DNA from: Ophelia neglecta
Lineage: Eukaryota
DNA length: 64,000 nt
Reading direction: 5' to 3'
NCBI GenBank assembly: GCA_965285935.1
Contig: OZ260661.1
Coordinates: 62,744,001-62,808,000, forward strand
Part shown: in pieces, positions 12,166-26,475 of the stretch
Numbering within the stretch: position 1 is the stretch's first letter
How the letters are laid out: each line of letters begins with the position of its first letter
Notes under the pieces: model-generated
What the model was told of the DNA's origin: nothing
The model's input: only the letters and a program-made list of their open reading frames with translations
The model's database searches: none
Made by a program: the position numbers and the translations under genes

Positions 12166-15100
12166 GTAAGTCAAGCTTCTAATGCTGGCTAATGTTCTGT
12201 TTAGCTGAATTATGGTCAATAAAATACCATATTCCCCATTTGCTGTATTTATACATTTCATTCATTTGTTGCTCCGATTTCCCCCACAAGCTTTATGCTT
12301 TATGGCCCAACAATTAATGACCTTTATATAATTTATTGTAATTTAGATCAATTTATTTGATTTTATATCTTACTTTTATTGTATATCATTAATTCATTAT
12401 GTTTCTTTTATTTCCAGGTACTAGTCATGAATCTGCTTTTGTACCATTTTAACATTCTCATCAGTCACAAAATCTGTAATCTTAAAGCAGATTTATTTAG
12501 GACTTAGATTTTGCACCAGCTGGTAGACTGAGGCAATATAAACCAGTTTATCTGCCATTTTTGAGATGTTCACAATTCATAGTTTAATGAGAGACCTTAG
12601 GAATTCCTGGTGGAAAGAGTCTGACTTCAGTGCCATTCTTTAATGTAACCACAGTTGTCCTCTACCATTTGCTCACCAAATATAGTTAGTTGGGTGAGTG
12701 GATTCAATGCACAGAGAGTCGGTAGTTGTGAAAATAGTACATCATCTAATATAAAGATTTACATGAGATTCAAATATGAGGCCTATCAGTGGTTGGTTTT
12801 TTAAGTAGTTTTATTTTTGAAGACTTCTTTGCTGGCATTCTAACAAGAAATAACTGAAACCTGACTCAAAGTGCCACTGTTCTTAAGTTGAAAGTGATGT
12901 TTTCTTTTTTAAATACCCATTGCTCCTGCCTATGTAACCACCCTGCTGTTAACTTGATCTTACTTTTTTGTGTTGGGAGTTTCGACTGGCTTTTTGCTAG
13001 GACACATTACCACTGTTACGGAGAAGTGGCATGTTAGGAGTGGTCATGCAACGGACCAAGTCATCTAAGTGGAACTGAATTGCCCAGCAGAGTTTCCTAG
13101 CAGTCGTTCACCCTAATATTTATTCCATGTATCCGTGTTATGACCACTTTGCCCCTCTCATGGTTGGATTGAAATGCCTTCTTGTCACTGACTTTCATAT
13201 TAAGTGTAGTAAATCCAAAGTACTGTAGAAAACCAGCTCAGGCCAGTGATCCAGTGCCTTAGATGTTTCTTTATGGCCAGTTGCTTGAATGAAATTGAAC
13301 ATGAGCAATAGTTGTCTCTACGCAATTGTCTTATTTAAACCCTTACCAGACCTTAATAAATATAAAACCACTACAATAAAATAAGGAGGTGTGCCATTGG
13401 TGGTAAGTTGGATCCAGTTGGGCCCAGCTCGAGGTAGGTGATCCGATAGCGGTCAGATATCGATTGAAGTGATGTCGGGTTATGTGGTCAGGATCACTGG
13501 CATTGCACAGGTCACTGTCACTACCATTGTGCTCAACTTCTGAGCCGCTAAAACAGTCTTAACACGCAGAACAAGAAGGCTCATAAATAATAAGCCGGAG
13601 ATGGGATATTGCTCGGAATGATTGACAAATTGTTTGACCTTTGTCTTCAACCCAATTTAAGGGTTTGATTTTGTTGAAAGTCAAGTAGTCTAACAAGGGG
13701 TCAGCCCCCTTTTAGCCCTTGGTACGGTTGTTATGACATAAAGTTCATTGTTGTGAAATATTGCCATATCTGCCTGGAATTCAGTATGCAATCAAGCCTT
13801 TATATACTGTGTGTCTGAACTATTAATAAACTATTTATGTTGCTCTGGCTCCTTAGGCCATTGAAGTCTATATGAATTAAGTGTAAAAACCTGTAAGAGA
13901 GAAAGTTGTTTTGCCATTATTTTATCTGCAATGCATTTTCCTGTTGGTGTCATTATGCTCAAAGCTAACCATGCATATGGTAAATGTCACTTGTGTAGCC
14001 ACATCCCACAATGACTACCTACTGGTTTTCAAGGCATTCCCCAGCCTTTTGGAAAAAAAGGCATTTGTGTGAGCATAAAAGTCCCATGGAATTCCTTTAG
14101 AGCTTCGAGGATAAAGTTGGACTTTCACACTTTTTACTATCAAGTCATAGCTCCTTTTACCTCAAGACATAAAGTGTACCAGGAAATGGCAATGTGTTCT
14201 TTCCGGGGATGATATATTACATCCGTTAAGGTTAGCCAGTGAAATGTCACCTGGCTGAGTGGAGACTATGTGAGTTTAAGAGATGCTCAGCACTTACTGT
14301 ATAGAGTGGGCAACATTTCAATAAACGTGTAAATAAAGATTGTGTTATGCCTCTACCTATTTTTGTGTAATGTGATATTAGGATTACCATAGGTTGTATG
14401 AGCATAATTTCTTCCATTGGCCAATACTAATTTCCTTTTACCATTGGGCCAAATTGGCACAAAATCCCCTTTTAATTGAAGCTTGCAATTTCTTTAATGT
14501 AATCAAGGAGTGGCACCAGTTTGAGTAGCAGCTAAATACTTTCCTGATGAAGTATAATGACCACCGAAGTGCATCTAAATGCTCTCTGAGTGAAGTTGAT
14601 AAATCATTGCAGGATGCCAGCTTTCCTGAAATCATAAAACATATTTTGTAATGATTGTTGGATGCTGCTAGTGTGTCGCTTTCATGGGAAAAGACCCCAA
14701 TTCTTGTTGGTATAGAAAATTGAGGTAAATGGATTTCAGCCGTAAGAGCTGCACATTACTGACTGCTAATAACTTATGATGTGAAACATGCAGGGTACCT
14801 GCCATTTAGTCGCTGAATATTGTCAAGAAGAGGAAATTATATAGTTTTGCACTACTTAGAAATTGCCAGAGTTGGAGCTCTCGATGCCATTGCATGAAAA
14901 CTAGCTATAAAAGGCAAGTAGATTGACATGATATAATATCAAGTTTTTACTTGCAAGTGTAGTTAATTATTTGGCAAGTAGGAATGCATCTTGTATTATA
15001 GATAGCTTGACCATACAATATGGCTGCTAATGAGGGAACCGAGCAGAGTTTTACCAACAGTTGATACATAGTGTTGCACAATGGATAATGTCATTGCGTT

Positions 15101-18100
15101 GGGGGCTGGTTGGTAATTATTTCCGTCCTGTGTGTAGATACATTTGAATTCCCACTATCATGTTCGGTGCATCTTATCAATGCCCCCTTTTGATGTTTTA
15201 AGTCCAGCCCACCTGGATTCTGGTCAGCAAACATAAAAGAAGCCAGTTGACCAGTACTCGTCTTCTGAAGTAAGGAACCAAAGTGACATCAAGCCAGCCA
15301 TATTGCAACAATGACATTCACTTATACGGACATCAATATGCTTTGAAGTTGTGAGCTGCGGCTTATTATTCAAAATGCATGAAAAATGTGTTTGCCTGCT
15401 GACATGCACCACAGTCAGATTTATTGTCTCCTAAAACCTTCACCTTTGTTGCTCAGCCTTTATCACCATAATCCGAGGCAACGCTTGCATTAGAATTCAG
15501 CGTTAATTTAGAACCTTGCAATTGAAATGTGGAAAACTTGTAATGCTTCACTAGGGATTGTTATGGCAATGCTGAGAGCTTCCTTTGCTGGCAAACAAAA
15601 CAATGGCACGGTTTCTAGGAGAAGATTTGTGGGGTTCATCTCCTGTGGGGCAATGGCTCAATACTCTGTCTCTCCATTTTGTGCTCTGTTGCTGTTCTGG
15701 TGTCTAGGATGGCTGCCAACTTTGACATTTGGAGATGGGCTTTGACAAAGAGTCCTGCAATTGTAATACTATATGGTTGGGGCATATTCTGCTTTAGATA
15801 AAAGTGTGGTTATTGTAGGGGCTATAGGTTGCCCCTCTCTATTAAGGTATATGTGCCAAGCTGGTGAAAAACAGGAAAGTGGTCACCATTGAACTCAAGT
15901 TTCCCACACTGTTTCCTCAATGACCAGAGATACTTCTTATGACGTAACAGCACAAGGTTATTGATGATGATTTATTGTCATAAAAATAGGCAACTTTGCA
16001 AAATAGATCTATAATTTTAAAGACAGAAATAGTAAATTGGTAACAAGACCAGTGCTCCTCACACACCCCTTACGTAATATGTAGTCCCTATCAATATTGT
16101 TGCTGGTATCTTTACAAATGATTTAGGCATTGCAGCCTCATTTAATACCTTGGATTGTTATATAGTGTTTATCTCCAAATAATTGTTGTCTTCGGTATTC
16201 TTTGATGTCAGTATATTGCATTCATTGATGTACACTTCAGAGCTCCAAGCTGTTGAATGATAGTTCAATGTTTTGTTGCCAGTAGCAATACTGTCAGTGG
16301 AGACTGTTAGGCACAGTATTAACTAGATTGAGCCGTTTGGAAGTGTGTGAGCACTCCAAGCATGCAGATAGACACTGAGAGAGAGTGAAGGGGGGGGACT
16401 AATATACATCTACCCATGGGACGCTGTCCATGAGGACTTTGTTGCCCTGCGTCTTAACTTCCTCAGGGGTATTTGTGATCCCATTGCCAGCGAGTCACTT
16501 GCAACTTGTCTTAATGGCTATGCCACAATTGGAATGAAAGCAAATCTCTCCCTTAAGACTACTCTTTGTTGTATTTCTAGGATGAAAAATGAATATCATT
16601 TGCTTCTTATCTATTCTCTTTCATGAGTCAATTTGTACAGCAGGCCACCTATTACATTCTTACATAAACTAGTTACAGATGGGTGTTGATATTAGATATT
16701 GATAATTTATATGTAATGTAGTGTAAGGCTTTAAATCCATGTGCCTCTTATAGACCACATAGTGTGATTAATACAACAAAAAGTGTTGACCTTTTATAAC
16801 CCACTGTGCTAGGGGTTAAACATTGTATGGTGGTGTAAAACCTGCTCAGTGCCCATTAAATCCACCTAACTTCTAGCCCCGTGGGCTGAACCCAGAAACG
16901 AGGATGTCTGATAGTGTCTTGGGCTTCCTTCCTGCTATGTCTACAGCATCACAGTAGTACTACCTTCAGATTTTTTACTGAAGTCCCTGGACAATCAACT
17001 TTTGCCCCAGTGCCACTTCAACACACGGAATCAAGTCATGCAAAAACTTGTCCGTCTGGTCTTAAACCAAAACTGGTGGTTATTCCAGTCTTTCAACAGT
17101 TAAAAGCTGATTGTAGACCAGTTGTAGACACTGTATAGGAGCATTACTTCTGAATTGTATTGTATATCAGATGTGCTCTATACATAAATGTTTAAACAAA
17201 TAGTTAGCTGAAATCTGTTTAATATATCTCTTTTTGCTTATATTTGTTTTATAATGATTTTATAACAATAAGAAAGTTAGTCATGTGTGGATATTAGTAG
17301 TCATAGCTGTAGATACACACCCCCGAGCACGGCACCAGCAGATATCGTGCCCTTCATGGCCAGCCACAATATTTAAACATAATTACATAGACCGATTTTG
17401 CTCATAATTCCTCAATATATTTGAGTGTGTGTCTTTCGATAGCCATATTGTATCATGTGATATTGTTAATAGTAGTGCATTTTGTCGTATTTCAAATTCC
17501 AAACTGAGAAGATATCTGAAAAGAGACGGTTATTGTTAAGATTAGGTACCCTTCCCAAGTTAAATTTAACCTAATGTTTTGCATCTTCCTGTCTCTCATT
17601 GCATTCAGGAAACTAAGCACAATTGCAACATTAACAGTTTCTTCACATGAACTAGATATTCCATGGCATGGGTAATATAGCTAGAGTAGAATAACGAGGG
17701 AACTATTTCGTCATATTTTAAGGGTCACTGTGAGGGGTAGGGTGTCGGCGGTGACCTGGTTCAGTGGTACGTGTGTGAAGTAACAGCAGGTGAAGAAACT
17801 GTCTATATGGGTGTCAGCATGGATGATACAGTAATGTAAGAACTGGTAATGGTAGGCAGGTAATTATTCATACATGACAGGAATAGTTAAAAGTTATAGC
17901 CTCTACGCTATCCACACCCATTATTGAGTACTTCACAATATTTCTGTGAGCATATATTAAATATTCAAGAGTGGGAGTGGGATTAAGCTAGGCAGCCATT
18001 GTAATGGATGAGAATCTCTCCTGCACCTGTCACACACTTCAGAGCAATGCAGTCCCTCACTTTACTTGCATTTGGTTATTGCTGCTCATTTGTGACTGGC

Positions 18101-19026
18101 ATAAAACAATGTAATGCTGTCATTACTTGTTAGCTTGAGGCAGCCACAAGTCTATTTTTTTCCCCAAAAACCCTGTCACAGAGGACCTATTTAGTAAGGG
18201 ACACTTTTGACAAATCACATCTATATAAGTGTCAATTTGCAAGTTAGTGAGCATCAGATAATATTTGTAAGAAACAGATAGGACTTAACAACAGTGTTTA
18301 ACAAATTAAAGTGGTTCCTTGTTGAACTCATTGCTGAGTGTTGTCTGATTGGTTAGAGGTACAGCACGCCAAAACCAGACTTGAAATTGGCAAATATAAT
18401 CATGCTCTATAAAAAAAAAGAAATGCAAAGCTTGCCTGTAGATCGATCATGGTAGTTAAGTTGCCTCAGTGTGGGCAACACACAAGTCATTTTATCAGTA
18501 GCATTCCCAGCAAGTTCATTGTAAAGTCCATCATGAAGTTGCCTAATTTTCTCGCATTGATATAAATTAGTGGTTTTTACCCCTATTGACAATTGGCCGT
18601 GCAAACTGTTTGCTTGCCTTGATAAACACAAGCTTCATCTGGTTGGATCAATGAATATTGCATCACCAACATTTTCACGTAGGCATGCAAGTCTGCCATC
18701 TGTACAATTTATCGTGGACATTTAACAGATGCACAGCGGTGCTAGTCACCGAAACCAATGATCCAATTAATGAATGAAAGGAAAATCCTCACTCGACCCA
18801 GGTTTAGTGTGTTAATAATTTAATGTCAAGCAGAAGTAAATATAATGTAGGTCAGTGAACTAGTAGGGCACAATCCTAAAGCAATCTTTGAGCCCTCCCG
18901 GTCAGGTTCTGAAGTTTTCGAAATTTACATGCAACATGTCAATAATCACACCAGGAAAGAATAGTGACTGGGGTCAAGGCCTAATTATGAAACAAGTAAA
19001 TGTACATGTGACTTTCTCTGGCCTTT

Positions 19027-19074
19027 GGGGGGGGGGGGGGGGTTGGAGCTGGGTTAGGGGTGGGTAGATTAGGG
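19027..19074 (+). repeat. Poly-G tract with downstream GGG runs, potential G-quadruplex
   Basis: G16 followed by TTGGAGCTGGGTTAGGGGTGGGTAGATTAGGG. Confidence 0.8.
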
Positions 19075-22000
19075 CCTGTCCTTTAGTTTCATGACCATAC
19101 AAGATAACCATACCCCCTACCCTTTATCATTGACCCTTGACTGTAAGGACCCTTGTTTCTCTTAAATGACTGACCAGGTCCTCCTAAGAAAGGGTCAAGC
19201 TAACTTCAGACGTTGTCGACAGAAAATACCAACTCCTCACAACCTGATTTATAAACATCTTTGGCTTCTAAAATAAACTGATATTGACAAAAAGATTCAA
19301 AATACTTGCAATGTGAATGAGTACACACAACAGGGAACACTTATATTCATGCTCCAAAGGAATTTTTCAATCAGATTTGACTCTGGAATGCTAGATTGAT
19401 TTCTCTTGACATTTAATGGCTAACCTTGATTTTGCTTACAATCAATTAAAAGGGCATTTACCCCCAAACACATTGGCCATGTATCCAGTATGATTGTGGA
19501 TACGATGTGTGGTCTACTTAAGCAATGTCAGTTATCATTTACCGAAAGTCGTTATACTGCCCCGCCTGATAAATCTTCCGATCTGCAGTATTTTACAAAG
19601 AAAACCACAACTTTGTTATAACAACTTTTGTGCTGAAGCATGGTTGCTAAAACAGATTATTGGAGATAGATGGCCTAGAAAAGTGTTTCTTGCCCTTAAC
19701 CGCTATGTAATATTGCAAACACATTTGAGTTATTGGCTCTTGGTGAGAGGCGCTTTACTTGTCAAACCCTTCACAGCAAATAATAACTTGCAGTGTTTAC
19801 TGCAAGATACCTGTTCTCAGGCTTTGGACAGGTTAATACCCAAATAAGTCTGTTTCTGAAAGAGAAAATTGCTCCACATCTTAAGGCTTGTGAACCACTT
19901 GAATCAACTAGCAGCATTTGAGAAGGCAACCTTTCCTCTTTCCTGTGTCTGGCTTTTAGAAAAGACAAAGTAGGTGTGACATTAGTAAACTGGTCTGCCA
20001 GTGTTCATCTCTAGTTGTGCTCATTTAGAAGCCATTGGAGACTGGACAACGATTTTGCTAAATGCCAACTGACATGAGACCTAATTGAAGTAATGTGTGC
20101 TAGTCTTGCTAGGGTAACTATGACCAGAGTGGGTTGCTCATTGCTTCATCCTATCTCTTAGTTTTGTTGATGGAGAGAGATGTATTTAAAGGATCACTTG
20201 ATTATGTTTTTCTATTCTTTGGTACCATTTCACAAATGTCAGCAGAATTATTCATTTGCAGGCAATTTGGTAAAATGATCATGTCTGTTAATCTTCAACA
20301 TGCTTTATTCCCCATTTTCATGCATGCCATACTCATTACTTTGGTTTTTGCTTTGGGAAAAGCTAAGCAATAAATTTTCTTTGTATAACAAAGGTCAAAG
20401 GCCCCATGGGTGTCACTTTAACACATTGTAGCCTTGCAGGCGTTTCTTGATATATATATATATATTTGTGGAAAGGAATATTACACATTGTGTTGATATT
20501 TGCCATTGTACTATTAATCATCTGGACATTTTATAGAACCATGCTATAGAATTAAATGTTAATGATAGTTTCAGTATATAGAAGGAAATTTATACATAGC
20601 AATTCTTTTTGCCTATTTCCACGGTAGAAGAGCATGTTTCACTTGAATGGCCCGAGTAGAAGGAATTGATGTCACAGCTGCTGACCCATGACATGGGTTG
20701 GCTTCCTGTGAGTGACTTCTGGTCTGTGCTGTGACATTACGGTATAATTATAGGCTCCACGGCGGTCTGCTGCGGTCTGCTCCGGTCCTGCTAGCAGGCC
20801 ACACGGTGACATCCTGGAGCCTCCTTCATGGACATGAGCTGCAGAGTTAACTTGATGATTATCTTGTAGCTCCCAGTTGGCTAACTTCCAGCCGGGTGTA
20901 ATATGTCATGCTTTCATGCATCTTTATCACTCAATGTGGTAAGGCAAAGTTGTAAAGAGCATTCCTGCATATGGATAAGGCATGTAGATATTCCAAATGC
21001 TGGCTTTCAATCAATGCTTTATGGCATCCTCCCTCGAACCTCATGTTCTTCCTTTTTAAATGCATCTGGATGTGTGTAAGGCAGCAAACTGGACTCCAGT
21101 ACAAGATTATGGTGCTTAGACTTTGATTTGGAAAACTTCTTATGTACTGGGGTTAAAAATAGTCTGATTGTGGTGATGCACTTTTTAAAGAAATGACTAA
21201 GCTGCAGAATTGAACTATGTTTAGAAAAGAAGCTAGTGTGAATTGAATTTGGTGGTCATACATTGCAAGTAGTGCTCTACAACATTATGCTTTTATTGGG
21301 CTAGAAATCAATTTTGCTCAACAGCCAGCAGTCATGAATGTCTGACAAATAGTCCCCCAAACAGTGTGGTCTTCATGTTGGTTAGGAACCTGGGTCAAAT
21401 GGTATCTGACTATCAAACTTTAATTTTCTCTCAAATGAGAAAGCTTTGTTATGAGCAGTCTAGAATTGTATGCCAAACCACCTGTATTTGGTGCTTCTGA
21501 TGCAGAAACAGCCCAACTGAGGTTTTGCCTACTGTGTGAATGCATGATATGAAAGCTTTCATTTTCCCCTTAGGGCAGAAAGTGTGGTGTGTGATTTGAG
21601 CTGACCTGAAATTGCAGGTGTTTTTTTGAGATTCTTTTTGTAGAGACAATTGACTTCAAGAAAAGTGTAATTCCCACATGACAGTAGACTGTGGGATAAA
21701 TTGAGCTGTGTAAGCTAACACCTGCCTGCTTCAAGGGAATGAGAGATGTCACAATCTGACTGGGTTAGGATAGCCAATTACGCTGTGGATTGTGGCCAGC
21801 TGCCTCAGATTGTGGTCCGTCTTGGAGACGTCTGCCTATTGGGCTATCGACACATGACCTGTGAGCACACACACCATTCCTTTGTAGAACTGGATGGTGA
21901 TCTTGTGATAATGGTGCTCCAACCTCTCCAAGATAACCCTACTGTAATACCGAGGTCTTAGCAAGGCCTGTCTGCGTGTAGTTTGTTGGCGCCAGACACC

Positions 22001-24944
22001 TCAATGGTGTACCTGAAGAGAACAAGAATGAATTATCAAGGTGTGTTATAATGGCTGCTGCCAGGAAAGGACAACCACCTTTCATGAAAAACCCTTTTAT
22101 GTAGTAGGCTTGTCTGTGGCCGGTAGCAGGTAGGCTTGGCACTGCTCTGCTCTGCTCTACGCTGCTCTTTATCCTGCTAATTGATACAGCAGAGAAGGGG
22201 TCAGTGCCTGTTGGGTCCCATTTGATAACGCCTGTAACCTCCTTCCATTGCCAACAAAGAAGTCTTCCCTCAATCAATTAAGGTTGTATTCACTGTGAAA
22301 TGAAATGGAGTACATGTCTGTCACTTTTTTTTAGAGAGCAGGAATGAAATGTTATCTGTGCAAGTACTTTCACACTCTCGAGTTTCAGCGAGAAGAAATT
22401 CATTGAAACCTTAGTACCAATTGGAATGCCTCCATTTTCTATTCACCCTGACTGATGGCCCACTTCATGTGAATTTATGGCCTTACATGTATATTTTTCT
22501 GTACTAACACTATGGTGTGCAGTGGGTCATTAAAACTAGCCCTTGAGATTCTGTAGCATTAATTTAAGCTTTAGAGCCAGGAGAGAGCGGCCATTTCCGC
22601 AGTATCTATTTGCCTTTATGGCATTTCTGCTAGTGGTCATTATAGATGTAGCACCTGGTTCCTGCTTTGTGTACCTGTTGTTGATCAATGCTACATAGAA
22701 AACAGTTTATTACTCTGCAGACTGGTGGCTGTGCAGGCTGAGCCGGCAGCTGGGCCCGCTTGCCCATACATTTTTGTAGGTGTGATGCACATATCAAGAG
22801 AAGCTGTTGTTTAAAACACTGTTGAAGGTAGAGGAAAAAAGAGAAAAAGAACAAGGCATAAATTACTTGTTCTTGTGTCAGAATATGAATTCTGTAACAA
22901 AAGCAACTTTTATTATTGTCTCTGAAGCCATTTGCCTCTTAAAATAAATTCACATGAGGACAATCATGTACTAAACGCCTTCTGTTGGAAAATTTTAACC
23001 TGTGCCATGTATTGAGCGTTATGTTTCATTGTGTACTTTGTACATTTATGGTACATCTAATACTTGTCAGGTTGTTAATGTTTAATTGCTTGGATTAAGG
23101 ACGTCTAAGATTTCTTTTGTCTAATGGGACAGAGCAAAACAGGGATCACATATTATGCAAGAAGGAAGCTTTGCTGAAAATAAGGATGCAGATTGTTGTA
23201 TATAATTTACATGAACATGAATTTTCTAGGTTTAAATGCAATGGTCATATTAAACACAGCTAAATGCTTATAGGATTCATCAAACTAAAGGCAAATATAA
23301 GTTTTTATTCTAATATTTTTCCCTATTGGGGAAAGTTAATAGTGGAAGATGTGGAAAAATCTTTTTCTCATCATTTGCTCAATTTCTCCAGGGGAATTGC
23401 AAATTATAGTAATTAAAAGCTGTACATCTTATATTTAAATGTCAGTGATGTAGTATTAAACTTAATTATATGGAACAATGAATGCTGTTGAATACCAATC
23501 ACGTGATTTCTACTGTCCAATCAGCTAGTTTGGTGTTAAAGTTAATAGGTCTTAAGAAAGGTAGATGTTAGTATAAAACTCATTAAAGTTAAATTTCAAT
23601 AGATTACATCTTTTCCAACAGAACCTAGATTAACTCTATGAAGATATTTGATATTTTTATTTGCTTCAAATTTTAAGTGAAATATAGCTATAGATATTAG
23701 AACACATAGACATGATACAATTTATGTGTGTGTGTGTTTGGGGGAAATGTTTTGTACTATTTTTACCAAATGGTCTTTACAAGAACAGAAATGATAGGAA
23801 CTTTTTTGTCAAAAATTGCTATGACAAAGGCCAGTTCAGTGTTGTTCCTCCTCCCTTGTAGGACTCCAGTCATCTTGTACGAGGTTATCTGACAATCGGA
23901 GGATTCTACAAGAATCAATAGCTAACTGAAAATTTGGTTTGCACCCTCAATAATTGAATCATTGACTAGGTTTTTGAATGCAAGCCTGGCTGATGTAGTC
24001 CATAGAGGCGGGAATGATCTTGTCTGCTGCCTAATTGGATGCATTTTGTTACAATCTGTAATGGTCATCAATAAATATTTGAAAGGGATGAGAAAAATGC
24101 ATGTTGATTTGCATAGAGAATGCACAGGTCGGTTAGCTTGCCGCTCATTAGCATGTGTGTTTAGTTATTGCCATGACATTGAGCGTCAGCGGGACAGGTG
24201 GCCGGGCAACCTCTGTATTGTGGTTTGATCTAAACTGATGGAATTTTCATCATTTACTAATTTCCAGCTCCTGAGGGAAATTGTTCATGACCATTTGCAT
24301 TCATTAGTTTCCCACAATTCCTATTGTCTGCCATATTTGAGCAGATGAGATAAACACCCAGACCAGGCTGTCAATTGGATGGTATAGTCTAGTGTTTATC
24401 TTCCTGCCACATTGTCTGTACAGCAGAAAACATCCCTCTGTGCTATCGATATAAAGTTGATACCGGAGATTGATCCAAAATAACGGCTAATACTTACCCT
24501 GCCTCTAGCTTGGTTATAGTAGAAAGATAATTTTTTAAAGGTGAATCTTCTTATATCAATATTCAGTGGTAGGTTGAAGGAACTGAGTATATAGAAGCAA
24601 TTTAAGATAAATGCAAATATATGTCGGTGACTAGGGAGTTTAATATGATAGGGAAAATTCTCAAGATTGTCACCAACTGCTGGAGACAGATCTTTCTGTA
24701 TATATGGGTCAGTGTCTAGTGAGCTTTGGCAAGGAAAAATGTCCAGATTGTCACCAACTGCTAGGTATGGAGTTTTCATTCGAGCAGCTATTATCCCACT
24801 GCTTGTTCAGCTATTTCTTGCCGTATTTCCATCAAAAAGAAGTTGTCATTGATTTCTGCTTGAGGGTAGGAAAACACTCGCTGTCTGTGTGCAACTGGAG
24901 AAAATAGATGACATTTCTCAGCTGGATTCACATTGACAGCCTGA

Positions 24945-25019
24945 AGTCAGAGGGGCAGTCAGAAGGGCAGTCAGAGGGGCAGTCAGAGGGGCATTCAGAG
25001 GGGCATTCAGAGGGGCAGT
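24945..25019. repeat. 12-bp tandem repeat (CAGTCAGAGGGG), about 6 copies
   Basis: Direct reading; variants CATTCAGAGGGG and CAGTCAGAAGGG. Confidence 0.93.
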
Positions 25020-25720
25020 GAGGACAGTTCTCCTAATATCAGGCTGCAGTGGAATGGCTATGTTTGAGTAAGACCCACTCATTGATCCCACTTGGGATTA
25101 TCATTGCACATTATATAGTACTAGGCAGATGTATTGGCTATTGTGTAATGAGAATTGTCCAACAGTCAGCGATATCAATATTTCATTTAAGCTTGAACAC
25201 AAAAGAAACTGTTTGTTGCATTAACAATCCTTCTTTACGGGTAAGTCATCAATTACCCATGTTAAACTACTTGGAAGTTGTGATGGGACGAGGCAGATGT
25301 TGCCTTGGCAGGCTGTATGATCTGACCGGCCATTGCTCATTTTTGGACACAATGAGAGTGTCTCGGAAGAAATAAGCCGCAGTAAAACAATCTTTTTAAG
25401 GATGACAGTGGTGCCAGAAGTCGGTGTTTACATTCTTGAAGCGTAAGCACCTGTTTCATGTTACCGCTGTCCAAGTCTGCCCTTGCCTTGAAGTACGAGC
25501 CGGCGTGCAATGCATTATAAATGAAGTAGAAGATTGCGGCACAGGACATAATTATCAATAGTAATTTCATATGATCAAAATCTGGATCTTGCCATTGATG
25601 TCTTTCCTTTTAGCCAGTCTTCTGTCCATAATATTGAGATCTGAGTCGCTGACAGAGGTGATAAAACAAATTGAATCATTTTCACCCAGTTGCTTAATTT
25701 CATTACTAAATTCATGTATG

Positions 25721-25768
25721 ATGAGATGCCAGTGTATTAAAACCATGAGATGCCAGTGTATTAAAACC
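25721..25768. repeat. Perfect 24-bp tandem duplication
   Basis: ATGAGATGCCAGTGTATTAAAACC occurs twice in tandem. Confidence 0.9.
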
Positions 25769-26039
25769 ATTCAGGGCACATTATGTAAGCCTTGACCTTT
25801 TCGGTAAGCATTGGTTTCACATTTTAAGCATAATGCCTTTTATGGTGTGTTAGGACACACAAGTTTTACGGTCACACCCCATAGATCTTGACAGTGTTGC
25901 CCACACTGGCAGGCTGCTGTGGAGGGACGGCATGTGTTCATATTGTCTCTGTCAATGATAATCATATTGAATTAATCATTAGACTCCAGAGGGGTAATGT
26001 GTGCACGAGTTGTCTTCTGCTATGCAGGATAGCACATGC

Positions 26040-26376
26040 TGTCGGCAGCGAATAAGCATTGCACCATTGCCAGATCGTCACACACACACAGTGGTTGGTT
26101 GGCTCGGAAGTGAGGTGGAAGTGAGGCTGGTCCCATTGCACCGCGGAGGATAAACAGAGTCGGAGTTTAGGTGCTGTGAGTTATTGATGCAGAGCTGCTT
26201 GTGGTGTGTGGTGGTGTAGTAACGCAGCCAGTCCAGTCGAGTAATATCCAGTTCAGCTTTTCCCTTTAAAGGAGAGAGACTCGTTGAAGACCTCTAGGAG
26301 GAGCACTTTTTCTAAGATTGTACACTTTGTACCCACACGCATGCACATTCCACGCACTCTCACCGACCGCTACAAT
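26040..26376 (+). promoter_or_regulatory. CpG-rich candidate internal promoter / 5' UTR
   Basis: About 19 CpGs counted by eye in 26041-26460, against about 2 in the AT-rich background stretch 5041-5460. Tandem ETS-like GGAAGTGAGG at 26106-26126. YY1-like AATATGGC overlaps the ATG at 26377. Confidence 0.5.
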
Positions 26377-26475
26377 ATGGCTGCTAACGTGATCCTACCA
26401 GCAGAGCCTTTGGTCTTTTATACTGTCAGTCCGCCGCCAGTGTGCCTACCACCCCCGCCGCCCATTTATCCAGTG
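26377..26475 (+). CDS. TIA1: Candidate alternative first coding exon of the TIA-1/TIAR gene (MAANVILPAEPLVFYTVSPPPVCLPPPPPIYPV)
   Basis: ATG in good context (AATATGG), 33 codons of protein-like Pro-rich sequence, and a phase-0 donor GTG|GTGGGT compatible with exon 29632. An in-frame upstream ATG lies at 26341. Confidence 0.62.

Noticed and set aside
24650-24762. Direct repeat AGATTGTCACCAACTGCT 81 bp apart as a target-site duplication
   Set aside because: There is no element between the copies; more likely an old local tandem duplication.
6072-25246. Additional ATG-to-phase-0 donor segments (donors at 6132, 8884, 20708, 25241) as more first exons
   Set aside because: An in-frame ATG upstream of a random GTRAGT is common by chance. 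These lack convincing acceptor, promoter or peptide support, although 8884 and 25241 are strong donors worth checking in RNA-seq.
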